Shown here: one piece after another, positions 10,249 to 19,754 of the stretch
Position numbering within the stretch: the stretch's first letter is position 1
How the letters are laid out: each line of letters opens with the position of its first letter
Assembly: GCA_964596715.1 (NCBI GenBank)
Contig: CAZQVL010000001.1
Location: forward strand, 179,166-243,165
Length of the DNA stretch: 64,000 bases
DNA from: an uncultured Rikenellaceae bacterium
GTDB taxonomy: Bacteria > Bacteroidota > Bacteroidia > Bacteroidales > VadinHA17
Direction: 5' to 3'
Position numbers and translations under genes: made by a program
Notes under the pieces: model-generated
Seen by the model: the letters and a program-made list of their open reading frames with translations, nothing else
Told to the model about the DNA's origin: nothing
Databases searched by the model: none

Positions 10249-10848
10249 ATGAAGAAGCTATCGGTTATATTGTTTGTCGTACTTTTTTTAGCTGTGGCAG
10301 CTCTGTTCATCCTTCATTTTACATCAAACAACAAAAAGAATGGCGGCATTGTTGCTGATACCGCTTATAAGATACCTGATCAGGGTATTGCCTACGTAAA
10401 TATTGATACGATCATTTTTAATTTTGAGATGTTTTATGACAGGAGGGAAGAATTACTGGGAAAGCAAAAGAAAGCTGAGAGTGAGCTTAATTCGAAAGGC
10501 AGTCAGTATGAGAAGGGAGCAAAGGATTATCAGGAAAAAGTAAATAAAGGTCTGATAACAAGGGCAACAGCCGCTGAGATGGAACAGGCACTTCTTCAGC
10601 AACAACAGGAACTGATCAACCTGCGTGATCAACTCCAGTCTGACCTTCTTGAAGAAGAGCAGGTTATGAACAGACAGATAATAGATTATATAACCAGATT
10701 TCTTGAAGAGAACCATTCGGAATATAACTACCGGTACATACTTGGGAAAAGCTTCGGCAGTGTGGTGCTATATGGTGATGAAGCACTCGATATTACTAAA
10801 AGGGTGCTTGATGGTCTGAACGAAAAATACAAAGCCGAGAAAAAATAA
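10249..10848 (+). CDS. OmpH/Skp-family periplasmic chaperone
   Basis: 199 aa. N-terminal anchor or signal, then a long coiled-coil-like K/E/Q-rich region typical of OmpH. Confidence 0.65.
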   Translation: MKKLSVILFVVLFLAVAALFILHFTSNNKKNGGIVADTAYKIPDQGIAYVNIDTIIFNFEMFYDRREELLGKQKKAESELNSKGSQYEKGAKDYQEKVNKGLITRATAAEMEQALLQQQQELINLRDQLQSDLLEEEQVMNRQIIDYITRFLEENHSEYNYRYILGKSFGSVVLYGDEALDITKRVLDGLNEKYKAEKK

Positions 10849-10854
10849 TTGATT

Positions 10855-12120
10855 ATGGGTTTTGCCTCTGCCTATCTCGAAACCAGGGCAATATTTCCGG
10901 AACTGATTAAAGAGGCACCTGATAAACAGACAGGAATAATTGTTGTTGTCCCTGCCTGTAATGAATCCGGGTTAAACTGTCTGCTAAATTCACTTGCTTC
11001 ATGCTCTGAACCTGACTGCAAGGTCGAGGTTCTGGTTTTTGTTAACGCTCCGCCGAAAGCAGATATTGAGACTCTGCATAACAACAGGAAAAGCATAGCC
11101 GGATTATACAGATGGAGGACTGAAAACATCAACTGCTGCTTCCGGCTTTTTGCCATAGAAGCGGATACATCTTCAGTATCAGGATGGGGAGTAGGGCTTG
11201 CAAGAAAAACCGGAATGGATGAAGCTGTCAGAAGGTTTGATAAAATTGGAAGATCAGATGGAGTTATAGTTAGCCTTGATGCAGACTGCCAGGTTGAAAG
11301 TAATTATTTTACAGTTCTGTGTGATGAGCTGTTGAAAAGAAAAGACAGATCAGCCTGTTCAATCTATTTTGAGCACCCTCTCTCAGGAAAGGAATTTCCG
11401 GAACATAATTACAGATCTGTGACACTTTATGAACTACATCTGCGGTACTATTTTCAGGGTATTCGCTACTCCGGTTTTCCATATGTTTTTCATACAGTTG
11501 GTTCTGCACTTGCTGTGAAAGCCCTACCTTATATAAGGGTTGGAGGTATGAATCGCCGTCAGGCAGGGGAAGATTTTTATTTTATTCAGAAGCTTGTACC
11601 TGGTGGAGGTTATTGCAGTCTTAACTCAACAACAGTATATCCATCGCCAAGAGCCTCCGGCAGAGTGCCTTTCGGTACCGGTGCAACAGTTCTGAAAATG
11701 GTAATGAACAACCAGGAGAGCCTTTATTCTTATAACTTCCTTGCTTTCAAAGACTTGAAAGTATTGTTTGGTATGATTGAGCAAGTATTTAATTGCAAAT
11801 ACTGTGATGAAAGTTACCAGTATTATAAATTACCGGCCAGTGTACAATCATTTATCAGCGAAACAGAATGGAGGGAAAGGATTCAGGAGATTAGAGGAAA
11901 TACCTCAGGATTGCAGTCATTTCAGAAAAGATTCTTCAACTGGTTTAATATGTTTAAGATTGTCAAGTACCTGAACCATGTGCATTTACATTACTACAGG
12001 AAATATTCTGTTGAAGAGGCAGCCTGCGAATTACTCGAAAGTATCGGGATAAAATTCACTTCAAAAAATCCGGCAGAGTTACTTTTGGTTTATAGAAAGC
12101 TTGAAAAGGAAAGGTATTAA
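10855..12120 (+). CDS. glycosyltransferase family 2-like protein
   Basis: About 421 aa from ATG 10855. IIVVVPACNESG and SLDADC (DxD-like) blocks, QAGEDFYF block. Confidence 0.45.
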   Translation: MGFASAYLETRAIFPELIKEAPDKQTGIIVVVPACNESGLNCLLNSLASCSEPDCKVEVLVFVNAPPKADIETLHNNRKSIAGLYRWRTENINCCFRLFAIEADTSSVSGWGVGLARKTGMDEAVRRFDKIGRSDGVIVSLDADCQVESNYFTVLCDELLKRKDRSACSIYFEHPLSGKEFPEHNYRSVTLYELHLRYYFQGIRYSGFPYVFHTVGSALAVKALPYIRVGGMNRRQAGEDFYFIQKLVPGGGYCSLNSTTVYPSPRASGRVPFGTGATVLKMVMNNQESLYSYNFLAFKDLKVLFGMIEQVFNCKYCDESYQYYKLPASVQSFISETEWRERIQEIRGNTSGLQSFQKRFFNWFNMFKIVKYLNHVHLHYYRKYSVEEAACELLESIGIKFTSKNPAELLLVYRKLEKERY

Positions 12121-12191
12121 TTTATTAGTGTTTAAGGTAACTTTTTATGTCTCCCGTATGATACAGCAATCTGTGGACGTAATAACTGGCA

Positions 12192-12533
12192 TTAGAATTT
12201 GTCCCTTGTTATCTCTCTATCTTCTGATGGAGTTATAATTATATAAAGATCTTCATCAGGCTTTTTCATTTGGTATTGTTCTCTGGCAAACTTTTCAAGA
12301 TTGCGGTTATCTGTTTTTAATTCATGAAGCTTTCTTTTATCTTCCTCTATGCGTTTCATGTAATACTCCCTTTCGGAGCGGAGTTTACGGAGGTTCCTTA
12401 TTTCCTTATATCTGGAGATCAGGTTGTTTGAATCGAGAAGTAAAAGCCAGATGAGAAAGATAATAATAGTCAGAACATATTTGTTTCTGAGCACTGGAGG
12501 GATTTTTTCTATGAACTTAAACCTTATTATCAT
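12192..12533 (-). CDS. septum formation initiator (FtsB/DivIC-like) protein
   Basis: 113 aa. One TM helix followed by a coiled-coil (RKLRSEREYYMKRIEEDKRKLHELK). Confidence 0.55.
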   Translation of the reverse strand: MIIRFKFIEKIPPVLRNKYVLTIIIFLIWLLLLDSNNLISRYKEIRNLRKLRSEREYYMKRIEEDKRKLHELKTDNRNLEKFAREQYQMKKPDEDLYIIITPSEDREITRDKF

Positions 12534-12556
12534 AATACAAACCTACAACTTTTTTT

Positions 12557-12760
12557 TTATCCGCCACTCATCAGGTAGAGTATCTGAACATTGTCACCAT
12601 CATGAATAACAGTTGAAGCATATTTAGTTTTTGAAATCAGAACGCCATTAATTTTAATTATTCTCATCTTAAAGGATAATTTTTTTAATGCAAGTACTTG
12701 GTTTACAGTTATAGTCTCTTCTGTAAATTCCTCATTTCTGTTATTCAGTATAATTCTCAT
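12557..12760 (-). CDS. ThiS/MoaD-type sulfur-carrier protein (C-terminal Gly-Gly)
   Basis: 67 aa ending ...VQILYLMSGG followed by the stop. Sits 15 nt downstream of the ThiF-type gene. Confidence 0.7.
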   Translation of the reverse strand: MRIILNNRNEEFTEETITVNQVLALKKLSFKMRIIKINGVLISKTKYASTVIHDGDNVQILYLMSGG

Positions 12761-12775
12761 TGAGCTTTTACAAAG

Positions 12776-13363
12776 TTATTCAAGTTCCATAAGAATTTCA
12801 ACTACAACATTTGCCTGCATGTTAGCAACTATACCTACACGTGGAGCCATAGGAGGCAGATCATCAGACATTTCGGACGATTCATCACCACAAACATAAA
12901 GGGTATCATCGATTTTCCTGTACCTTATAGTCTCATTCATTCCCCATCCGGCCATTCCTGATCCCACAACAAGGGGAATGCCGGGTAATGATATTTGTAC
13001 AGTTTCAATGAGCATCTCTTTCATGTCAGCTTTGTCAAAAGCTTCTGCAATTACGTCACATCCGGAAAATATTACCGGGATATTTTCCTTATCAAGCCTT
13101 TTCTGATGAATAATAACAAAAACATCCGGATTTATACGTGCAAGACTCTCCTTCAGGGCAATCGTTTTCATCATACCGATCTGATCGGTGAAATAGTATT
13201 GCCGGCTAAGATTATTCTCCTCAATTATATCAAAATCAGATATTACGAGAGTTCCTACACCGCTTCGGGCAAGGGCTACAGCACAGTTTGATCCAAGACC
13301 TCCGGCACCTGCAATGCCAACCCTGAATTTTCCAAGATGTCTTTGAATTTCGGAGAATCTCAT
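12776..13363 (-). CDS. short ThiF/MoeB-type adenylyltransferase (E1-like)
   Basis: 195 aa. Nucleotide loop GIAGAGGLGS and DFDIIEENNLSRQ block of the ThiF/MoeB/HesA family. Confidence 0.7.
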   Translation of the reverse strand: MRFSEIQRHLGKFRVGIAGAGGLGSNCAVALARSGVGTLVISDFDIIEENNLSRQYYFTDQIGMMKTIALKESLARINPDVFVIIHQKRLDKENIPVIFSGCDVIAEAFDKADMKEMLIETVQISLPGIPLVVGSGMAGWGMNETIRYRKIDDTLYVCGDESSEMSDDLPPMAPRVGIVANMQANVVVEILMELE

Positions 13364-13491
13364 TATCAGTTATTTTTCTGTCATAAAGATATTTACAAAT
13401 ATAGGTTATTTGAAAAAAAAAATAGTGTATATATTAAATCCGGTTTTATACCATATTGATTATTATCATAGTAAAGGCTGCGTAAATATTT

Positions 13492-13499
13492 TACCTTTG
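13492..13499 (+). promoter_or_regulatory. candidate -7 box (TACCTTTG) for the AOR operon
   Basis: Matches TAnnTTTG, 27 nt upstream of the ATG at 13526, in the divergent thiF/AOR intergenic region. Confidence 0.35.
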
Positions 13500-13525
13500 A
13501 TATTCTTGATAAAAACATTTCAATC

Positions 13526-15679
13526 ATGGATGTTACGCCGATAAAAGCACAGCATAGGCTGTTAAAAAGATGGGATTATACCTGGACACCATTAAGTAAA
13601 GGTTATACCGATAAGATCCTTTATATCAATGTTGGTACAACAGAGATAAAGGAGAAGGATGTGCCTCCTGTTATGAAAGAGAAGTTTATTGGAGGCAAAG
13701 GCTATGGTCTGAGACTTCTCTGGGATGCAACGAAGCCTGATACAAAATGGGATGATCCCGAGAATGAGATAATTATTTCATCAGGTCCGATAGGCGGGAT
13801 CACTCAATACTCGGGAACCGGCAAATCTCTGGTTGTAAGTATATCACCTCAGACTGATTCCGTAATGGACAGTAATGTAGGTGGTTTTTTCGGACCATTC
13901 CTTAAGTTTTCAGGATTTGATGCAATTGAGATTCAGGGCAAATCCGAAAAAGATGTGATAGTGTTTATTGATGGCATAGATCATAAAGTTGAAATATATG
14001 ATGCACCTGCAGAAGCCATTGATAGTCATCTTCTTGCGGAACAACTCACAGAGATCTTTTCTGATAACGAGAATGAAAGGAAAAACATCGGAGTCGTTTC
14101 CTCAGGTTCTGCTGCGGAACATTCATTGATAGGGATGCTGAACTTCAGCTTTTTTGATCCGAAACGTAAAAAAGTACGATTAAAACAGGCTGGCAGAGGT
14201 GGTATTGGTACGGTATTCCGTAATAAGAAAATCAAAGCACTGGTATGTAAAATACCGGGGGTGAAGGGTAACCTTAATAATGTTGTTGATCTTGAGGCAA
14301 TTATGGAACGGGGCAAAAGATTTAACAGGGAAATACGCGAGCTTGATGACAAACAATGTCAGATGCGTCAGGTTGGTACAGCACACCTGATGGAGATAAT
14401 GAACGACCATGATTTATTGCCTGTAATGAATTATAAGTATGGCAGTCATCCCGATGCATTCAGAATTGATTCATCAGTGTGGAAGAGTTATTTCACACAG
14501 AATATACCTGATGGTTGCTGGATTGGATGTAATATGTCGTGTAGCAAGGGTGTTGATGATTTTGTGATTAAGACAGGTCCTTTTAAGGGACAGAAGGTAA
14601 TCGTTGATGGACCTGAATATGAAAATGCAGCTGGCCTGGGTGCAAACTGTGCTATATTTGATCCCCGGTATGTTATTGAAGCTAATTTCTATTGCGATAA
14701 CTATGGAATATGCACAATTACCTGGAGCACTGTTACAGCCTTTATTATGGAATGTTATCAGAATGGCATTCTTAACAGGCAAAGGACAGGTGGCCTGGAA
14801 TTGACTTTTGGTAATGCTGGAGAAGCTCTTGAATTGCTTCATCAGCTTGCCCGTGGGGAAGGATTTGGAAAGATTGCCGGTTTAGGGGTCCGCAAAATGA
14901 AGGAGTTGTTTATCAAAAACGGATGGGGAGATGCAGGTTTCCTTAACGATATAGGAATGGTGAACAAAGGTCTTGAGTATTCACAGTATATGTGCAAAGA
15001 ATCGCTGGCACAGCAGGGTGGATTTGCAATGACCAACAAAGGCCCTCAGCACGACGAGGCCTGGCTGATATTTATGGATATGGTCAATAACCAGATACCC
15101 ACTTTTGAAGACAAAGCTGAAGCTCTTCATTATTTTCCAATGTTCCGGACATGGTTCGGACTGGTAGGTTTATGCAAGCTTCCATGGAATGATATAGAGC
15201 CGGAGAATAATGCAGAAACAGATGAACCTGCTAAAGTGCCAGAGCATGTGGATAACTATGTTACTATTTATAAGGCAGTCACAGGAAGGGAGTTTGACAA
15301 GAAACGCCTGGTGGAAGACTCTGAAAGAGTATATAATTTCCAGAGAGTGTTTAATCTGCGCAGGGGATTCGGTACCCGTATACATGACAGGCAACCATAC
15401 CGTGCAGCAGGTCCCGTTACAAAAGAGGAATATGAGTCGAGAGCTGAACGTTACGATAAGCAGCTTATTGAAATAATTGGCGTTGATCCTGCGGGAAAGA
15501 GTACGGAGGAAAAGATGAAAATATTGCGGAATTACAGGGAAGATCAGTTTGAAAAACTTGTTGATGCCGTCTATAAGCGTCGCGGATGGAATAATAACGG
15601 TGTCCCAACCATAGAATTCCTGAAAAAGATCGGGATGGATTTCCCGGAAGTGATCGATGTCGTTAAAGATTTTCAGTAG
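13526..15679 (+). CDS. aldehyde:ferredoxin oxidoreductase (AOR) family tungsto/molybdo-pterin enzyme
   Basis: 717 aa. N-terminal GGKGYGLRLLW, Cys cluster CWIGCNMSC, pterin-binding-type DNYGIC and GLCKLPW motifs. Confidence 0.8.
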   Translation: MDVTPIKAQHRLLKRWDYTWTPLSKGYTDKILYINVGTTEIKEKDVPPVMKEKFIGGKGYGLRLLWDATKPDTKWDDPENEIIISSGPIGGITQYSGTGKSLVVSISPQTDSVMDSNVGGFFGPFLKFSGFDAIEIQGKSEKDVIVFIDGIDHKVEIYDAPAEAIDSHLLAEQLTEIFSDNENERKNIGVVSSGSAAEHSLIGMLNFSFFDPKRKKVRLKQAGRGGIGTVFRNKKIKALVCKIPGVKGNLNNVVDLEAIMERGKRFNREIRELDDKQCQMRQVGTAHLMEIMNDHDLLPVMNYKYGSHPDAFRIDSSVWKSYFTQNIPDGCWIGCNMSCSKGVDDFVIKTGPFKGQKVIVDGPEYENAAGLGANCAIFDPRYVIEANFYCDNYGICTITWSTVTAFIMECYQNGILNRQRTGGLELTFGNAGEALELLHQLARGEGFGKIAGLGVRKMKELFIKNGWGDAGFLNDIGMVNKGLEYSQYMCKESLAQQGGFAMTNKGPQHDEAWLIFMDMVNNQIPTFEDKAEALHYFPMFRTWFGLVGLCKLPWNDIEPENNAETDEPAKVPEHVDNYVTIYKAVTGREFDKKRLVEDSERVYNFQRVFNLRRGFGTRIHDRQPYRAAGPVTKEEYESRAERYDKQLIEIIGVDPAGKSTEEKMKILRNYREDQFEKLVDAVYKRRGWNNNGVPTIEFLKKIGMDFPEVIDVVKDFQ

Positions 15680-15727
15680 TGTCTGGTAATCAGTTCATAT
15701 TATCTGACAAAGGAAATTTTTCAAAAA

Positions 15728-16699
15728 ATGAGATACATACTACTTGTCATATTTTTGAATATTATTGTAGTACCAGGTTGCAGAAATAAGACTTCCTCAG
15801 GAACAAAAGAAGTGATCATTTTTCATGCAGGTAGTCTTTCAATACCTTTCAGGGAACTGGCTAAGGTCTATGAACAGAAGAATCCGGGAATAAAGGTGCT
15901 TCTTGAACCGGCAGGAAGCATTGTTTGCGCAAGAAAAATAACAGAGCTTAAACGACCATGCGATATTATGGCCTCTGCTGATCATGCAGTGATTAACAAT
16001 CTTTTAATTCCTGACCATACCGATTGGGGTATCAGCTTTGCAACAAATGAAATGGTGTTGTCATATACAGATAAATCCCCGTTAGCTTCAGAGATAAATT
16101 CTGATAACTGGTTTGATATAATATCATCAGAAAAAGTTGTCTATTCACGCTCTGATCCTGATTCTGATCCTGGAGGTTACAGAGCAGTGCTGACTATCAA
16201 GCTGGCTGAAAAGTATTATGGAAGGAATGGTCTTACGGAAAAACTTCTGAAGAAAGACAAAAACTATATCAGGCCCAAGGAAGTTGATCTGATTGCCCTG
16301 CTTGAATCTAGTGCTGTTGATTATGTTTTTATTTACAGATCGGTTGCAGTACAGCATAAATTGAAGTACATAAGCCTTCCTCCTGAGATAAATCTCTCAG
16401 ACCGTCACTTTGATTCGTTATATAATACTGTATCTCTTGAGGTTGCCGGCAGTTCTCCGCGTAGTAAAATGAAAGTCTCGGGTGAATATATTATTTATAG
16501 CCTGACAGTTTTGCGTGATGCCCCACTGAAAGAGGAAGCCCTTGATTTTGTTGAATTTATTATCAGTAATGAGGGGATGGATATATTACGCAAGAATGGC
16601 CAGAATCCAATTATTCCTTTGTTCACAGAACAACCTGATAAGATTCCTGCCAGACTTTTGCTATATTTAAATCAGGATAAACCTGAAACAGTTATATGA
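15728..16699 (+). CDS. tungstate/molybdate ABC transporter substrate-binding lipoprotein (WtpA/ModA-like)
   Basis: 323 aa. Lipobox VVPGC, FHAGSL and EPAGS blocks. Followed by a permease and an ATPase. Confidence 0.65.
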   Translation: MRYILLVIFLNIIVVPGCRNKTSSGTKEVIIFHAGSLSIPFRELAKVYEQKNPGIKVLLEPAGSIVCARKITELKRPCDIMASADHAVINNLLIPDHTDWGISFATNEMVLSYTDKSPLASEINSDNWFDIISSEKVVYSRSDPDSDPGGYRAVLTIKLAEKYYGRNGLTEKLLKKDKNYIRPKEVDLIALLESSAVDYVFIYRSVAVQHKLKYISLPPEINLSDRHFDSLYNTVSLEVAGSSPRSKMKVSGEYIIYSLTVLRDAPLKEEALDFVEFIISNEGMDILRKNGQNPIIPLFTEQPDKIPARLLLYLNQDKPETVI

Positions 16700-17505
16700 T
16701 AATAAGGTACAATCCATTTAATTGGGTACTGCTTATACTCTCCTCGCTGGTTCTTCTGTTTATACTGGCACCTTTGACGGGATTATTATTAAATACTGGT
16801 CCCACGGAGTTTTTTGAGACGGCAGGTGATCCGGAGGTTCAGCAAAGTATATGGCTGACTCTCTGGGTCTCTTTTGTGGCTACTCTGGTTTCAGCACTGG
16901 GTGCTGTTCCTCTTGCATGGATCATGGCACGCAGGAATTTTCCTCTTAAAAATATTGTTCAGGGGATCATAGATCTGCCGGTTGTACTGCCCCACACAGC
17001 AGCCGGAATAGCTGTTCTTGGTTTTATATCAAGAGATGGTGCCCTGGGCAAAGCAGCTGATGCATTAGGCCTCAATTTTGTAAATAATCCTTCGGGTATT
17101 GCTTTTGCGATGGCCTTTGTCAGCATACCTTTTCTTATTAATTCTGCCCGCGATGGTTTCGCTGCAGTACCTGAAAAGCTCGAAAAAGCTGCTTTGAATC
17201 TGGGAGCAAGTCGTTCGAGAGTATTCTTTACAATTTCACTTCCTCTGGCGTGGCAGAGCATAGTAACCGGATTTGTAATGATGTTTGCACGGGGAATGAG
17301 CGAGTTTGGAGCAGTTGTTATTGTTGCTTATCATCCGATGATTGCTCCTGTTCTCATCTACGAAAGATTTACGTCTTACGGACTTAATTACGCCCGTCCT
17401 GCTTCTGTTCTTTTCATCCTGGTAGCTCTCGCAGTTTTCATTATGCTGCGTATTTTTTCAGTGAAGAAAAAAGTGATTCATTTGACACCTGATGCTGAAG
17501 CTTGA
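16696..17505 (+). CDS. ABC transporter permease (WtpB/ModB-like)
   Basis: 269 aa polytopic. EAA-type loop AALNLGASRSRVFFTISLPLA. 4-nt overlap with the binding-protein gene. Confidence 0.7.
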   Translation: MIIRYNPFNWVLLILSSLVLLFILAPLTGLLLNTGPTEFFETAGDPEVQQSIWLTLWVSFVATLVSALGAVPLAWIMARRNFPLKNIVQGIIDLPVVLPHTAAGIAVLGFISRDGALGKAADALGLNFVNNPSGIAFAMAFVSIPFLINSARDGFAAVPEKLEKAALNLGASRSRVFFTISLPLAWQSIVTGFVMMFARGMSEFGAVVIVAYHPMIAPVLIYERFTSYGLNYARPASVLFILVALAVFIMLRIFSVKKKVIHLTPDAEA

Positions 17506-18550
17506 AAATATAAATAAAAAATTTGGTCAGTTCGCACTTTCTGATATCAGTCTTTTTATTCATGAAGGTGAATATTATGTATTGCTGGGAAGATCAGGCT
17601 CAGGTAAAACCAGGCTTCTGGAACTTATTGCAGGCCTTACCACACCTGACTCTGGTTCAATATGGCTTGAGGGTGAGGATATTACCAGATGTAAAATTCA
17701 GAAAAGGAATATAGGTCTTGTCTTTCAGGATTATGCAATTTTTCCTAACATGACAGTTTTTGGCAATATTGCATATCCATTGCATGCAAGAAGAACCGAC
17801 AGCAAAACCATAATCAACAAAGTGAATATGGTAGCCGCTGAGATGAACATAGCTCACCTTTTAAAACGCCATACTCCTCATCTCTCAGGAGGTGAAATGC
17901 AGAGGGTCGCTCTTGCCCGCACACTGATTACTTCACCCAGGCTTGTGCTTCTTGATGAACCAATGGCTTCAATCGATGCCAGTCTGAAGGACGACATACG
18001 CAGGGTACTCCGTGAGCTCAACAGAAAGGGGCATACAATAATTCATGTAACTCACGACTACAGGGAAGCTGTAAGTCTGGCTTCGAAAGTCGGAGTGATC
18101 CATAACGGGCATATTATCCAGGAAGGTCCGCCCGAAGGAGTTTTCAGAAAACCGGTTAACAGGTTTGTGGCAAGATATGCCGGAATAAGAAACTTTTTCA
18201 AAGTGGTTTTCAGAAATGAGAATGGTCACTGGAAAGCTGTCTGCAAGAATAAACTGATTTTTAACCTTTCTGATAATTCGTATCCTGATGAAGGACTTAT
18301 GATACTGAGGAGTGAAGATATAAAAATATTCAATGAAAAGCCTTCTGGTAAACATGATAATTGTTTTATGGGGACAGTAAGGGATATTATTCCTTCTGAG
18401 TACGGAATGGAAATAATGGTGGATGCAGGTGAAAAATTCTATATTGATGTGTCACAGGAAGTTTATAAGGAGCTACAGATAAATGAATTATCGGATGTCT
18501 GGATCTCTTTTCCCGCTGAAGCAGGTATTGTACTTCAAGGTACCAATTAA
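17492..18550 (+). CDS. ABC transporter ATP-binding protein with C-terminal TOBE-like domain (WtpC/ModC-like)
   Basis: 352 aa. Walker A GRSGSGKT, signature LSGGEMQR, Walker B LVLLDEP. Confidence 0.8.
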   Translation: MLKLENINKKFGQFALSDISLFIHEGEYYVLLGRSGSGKTRLLELIAGLTTPDSGSIWLEGEDITRCKIQKRNIGLVFQDYAIFPNMTVFGNIAYPLHARRTDSKTIINKVNMVAAEMNIAHLLKRHTPHLSGGEMQRVALARTLITSPRLVLLDEPMASIDASLKDDIRRVLRELNRKGHTIIHVTHDYREAVSLASKVGVIHNGHIIQEGPPEGVFRKPVNRFVARYAGIRNFFKVVFRNENGHWKAVCKNKLIFNLSDNSYPDEGLMILRSEDIKIFNEKPSGKHDNCFMGTVRDIIPSEYGMEIMVDAGEKFYIDVSQEVYKELQINELSDVWISFPAEAGIVLQGTN

Positions 18551-18578
18551 GGGCAAGAATCATAAAAAGGATTTAGTA

Positions 18579-19754
18579 ATGATACAGTTTGAGGAAGCAT
18601 ATCAGATAGTTTTAGATTCTTCTTTTAATACAGGTTCAGAGGAGATTTGTTTTGCTGAATCCACTGACCGGATCCTTGCAGAAGATGTGCTGAGCGATAC
18701 AGATAAACCTCCATTTAACAGATCAGCGGTTGATGGTTATGCCTGTAGCAGGGATGACCTTAAAACAGAGCTCGAGGTTATCGAGGTTATAGCAGCAGGA
18801 AAAATGCCTGTCATATATCCGGGGAAAAACCAGTGTTCAAAAATCATGACAGGGGCAGTAGTCCCCGAAGGCTGTAATATTGTTTTTATGGTAGAAGATG
18901 CGGAGCTGCTCCCGACAGGTAAAGTAAAGTTTAAAGGTGGTTTCACCAAAGATAATATATCATTAAAAGGTGAAGATGTCAGGGCCGGAGAATGCATCCT
19001 TAAAGCCGGAAGAGTAATCAAACCTCAGGATATAGCCGTTATGGCTTCAGTGGGTCATACCAATGTTAAAGTTAAAAAGAAACCAAAGCTGGCAGTACTG
19101 AGTACCGGAAGCGAACTTGTTGAACCGGAACAAATACCTGCCCCCGGGCAGATACGAAACAGTAATGCATATCAGCTTGTTGTTCAGGCTCAAAGAGCAG
19201 GTGCCATACCTGAATATTATGGTATTGCACAAGATGACGAAAATGAGACCTTTAAGATTATTACAAAGGCAATATCCGAAAATGATCTCGTAATCCTTAC
19301 CGGAGGGGTATCAGCGGGGGATTTCGATTTTGTACCATCTGTTCTGGAGAGAGCAGGAGTAACGATCCTCTTTGCCCGGGTTGCTGTTCAACCAGGGAAA
19401 CCAACCACCTTTGGAATACACTCCAAAGCACTGGTCTTTGGACTTCCCGGAAATCCAGTTTCATCATTTATTCAGTTTGAGATGTTAGTCCGCCCGCTTA
19501 TCCATAAAATGATGGAGTCTGACTGGAAGCCTTTTAATATAGTTCTTCCTATGAAAGATAGTTTTTCAAGGAGATTTACTGATCGTATGGCTTTACTTCC
19601 CGTTATCATTACAACCGACGGATTTGTATCTCCTGTTGAATATCATGGCTCAGCGCATATTTCTGCCCTGCCTGAGGCAGATGGAATAATTGCAATGGCA
19701 ATAGGAAAAAACACTTTGAAAAAAGGAGAATTGGTTAATGTACGACAGATTTAA
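18579..19754 (+). CDS. moeA: molybdopterin molybdenum/tungsten transferase
   Basis: About 392 aa from ATG 18579 (MIQFEEAYQIVL...). FNRSAVDGYA, ILTGGVSAGDFDF and GLPGNPVSS blocks. The track ORF start at 18483 overlaps the ATPase gene. Confidence 0.85.
   Translation: MIQFEEAYQIVLDSSFNTGSEEICFAESTDRILAEDVLSDTDKPPFNRSAVDGYACSRDDLKTELEVIEVIAAGKMPVIYPGKNQCSKIMTGAVVPEGCNIVFMVEDAELLPTGKVKFKGGFTKDNISLKGEDVRAGECILKAGRVIKPQDIAVMASVGHTNVKVKKKPKLAVLSTGSELVEPEQIPAPGQIRNSNAYQLVVQAQRAGAIPEYYGIAQDDENETFKIITKAISENDLVILTGGVSAGDFDFVPSVLERAGVTILFARVAVQPGKPTTFGIHSKALVFGLPGNPVSSFIQFEMLVRPLIHKMMESDWKPFNIVLPMKDSFSRRFTDRMALLPVIITTDGFVSPVEYHGSAHISALPEADGIIAMAIGKNTLKKGELVNVRQI

Noticed and set aside
13364-13525. Possible Moco riboswitch or other leader RNA upstream of the AOR/cofactor operon
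   Set aside because: The spacer is very AT-rich, with no GC-rich paired elements that I could recognise as the Moco RNA motif. Only a TAnnTTTG box stands out. A covariance-model scan would be needed for certainty.
18483-18578. N-terminal extensions offered by the ORF track (moeA 18483, yedF 38632, NUDIX 43723, BNR 42978, isomerase 52218, beta-barrel 47236, E1 30316, yqgE 33025, mqnD 2047, GT2 10849)
   Set aside because: The extensions overlap upstream genes or repeat modules, or use TTG/GTG where an in-frame ATG gives the family-typical N-terminus. Internal ATG starts were used instead, and these remain predictions.
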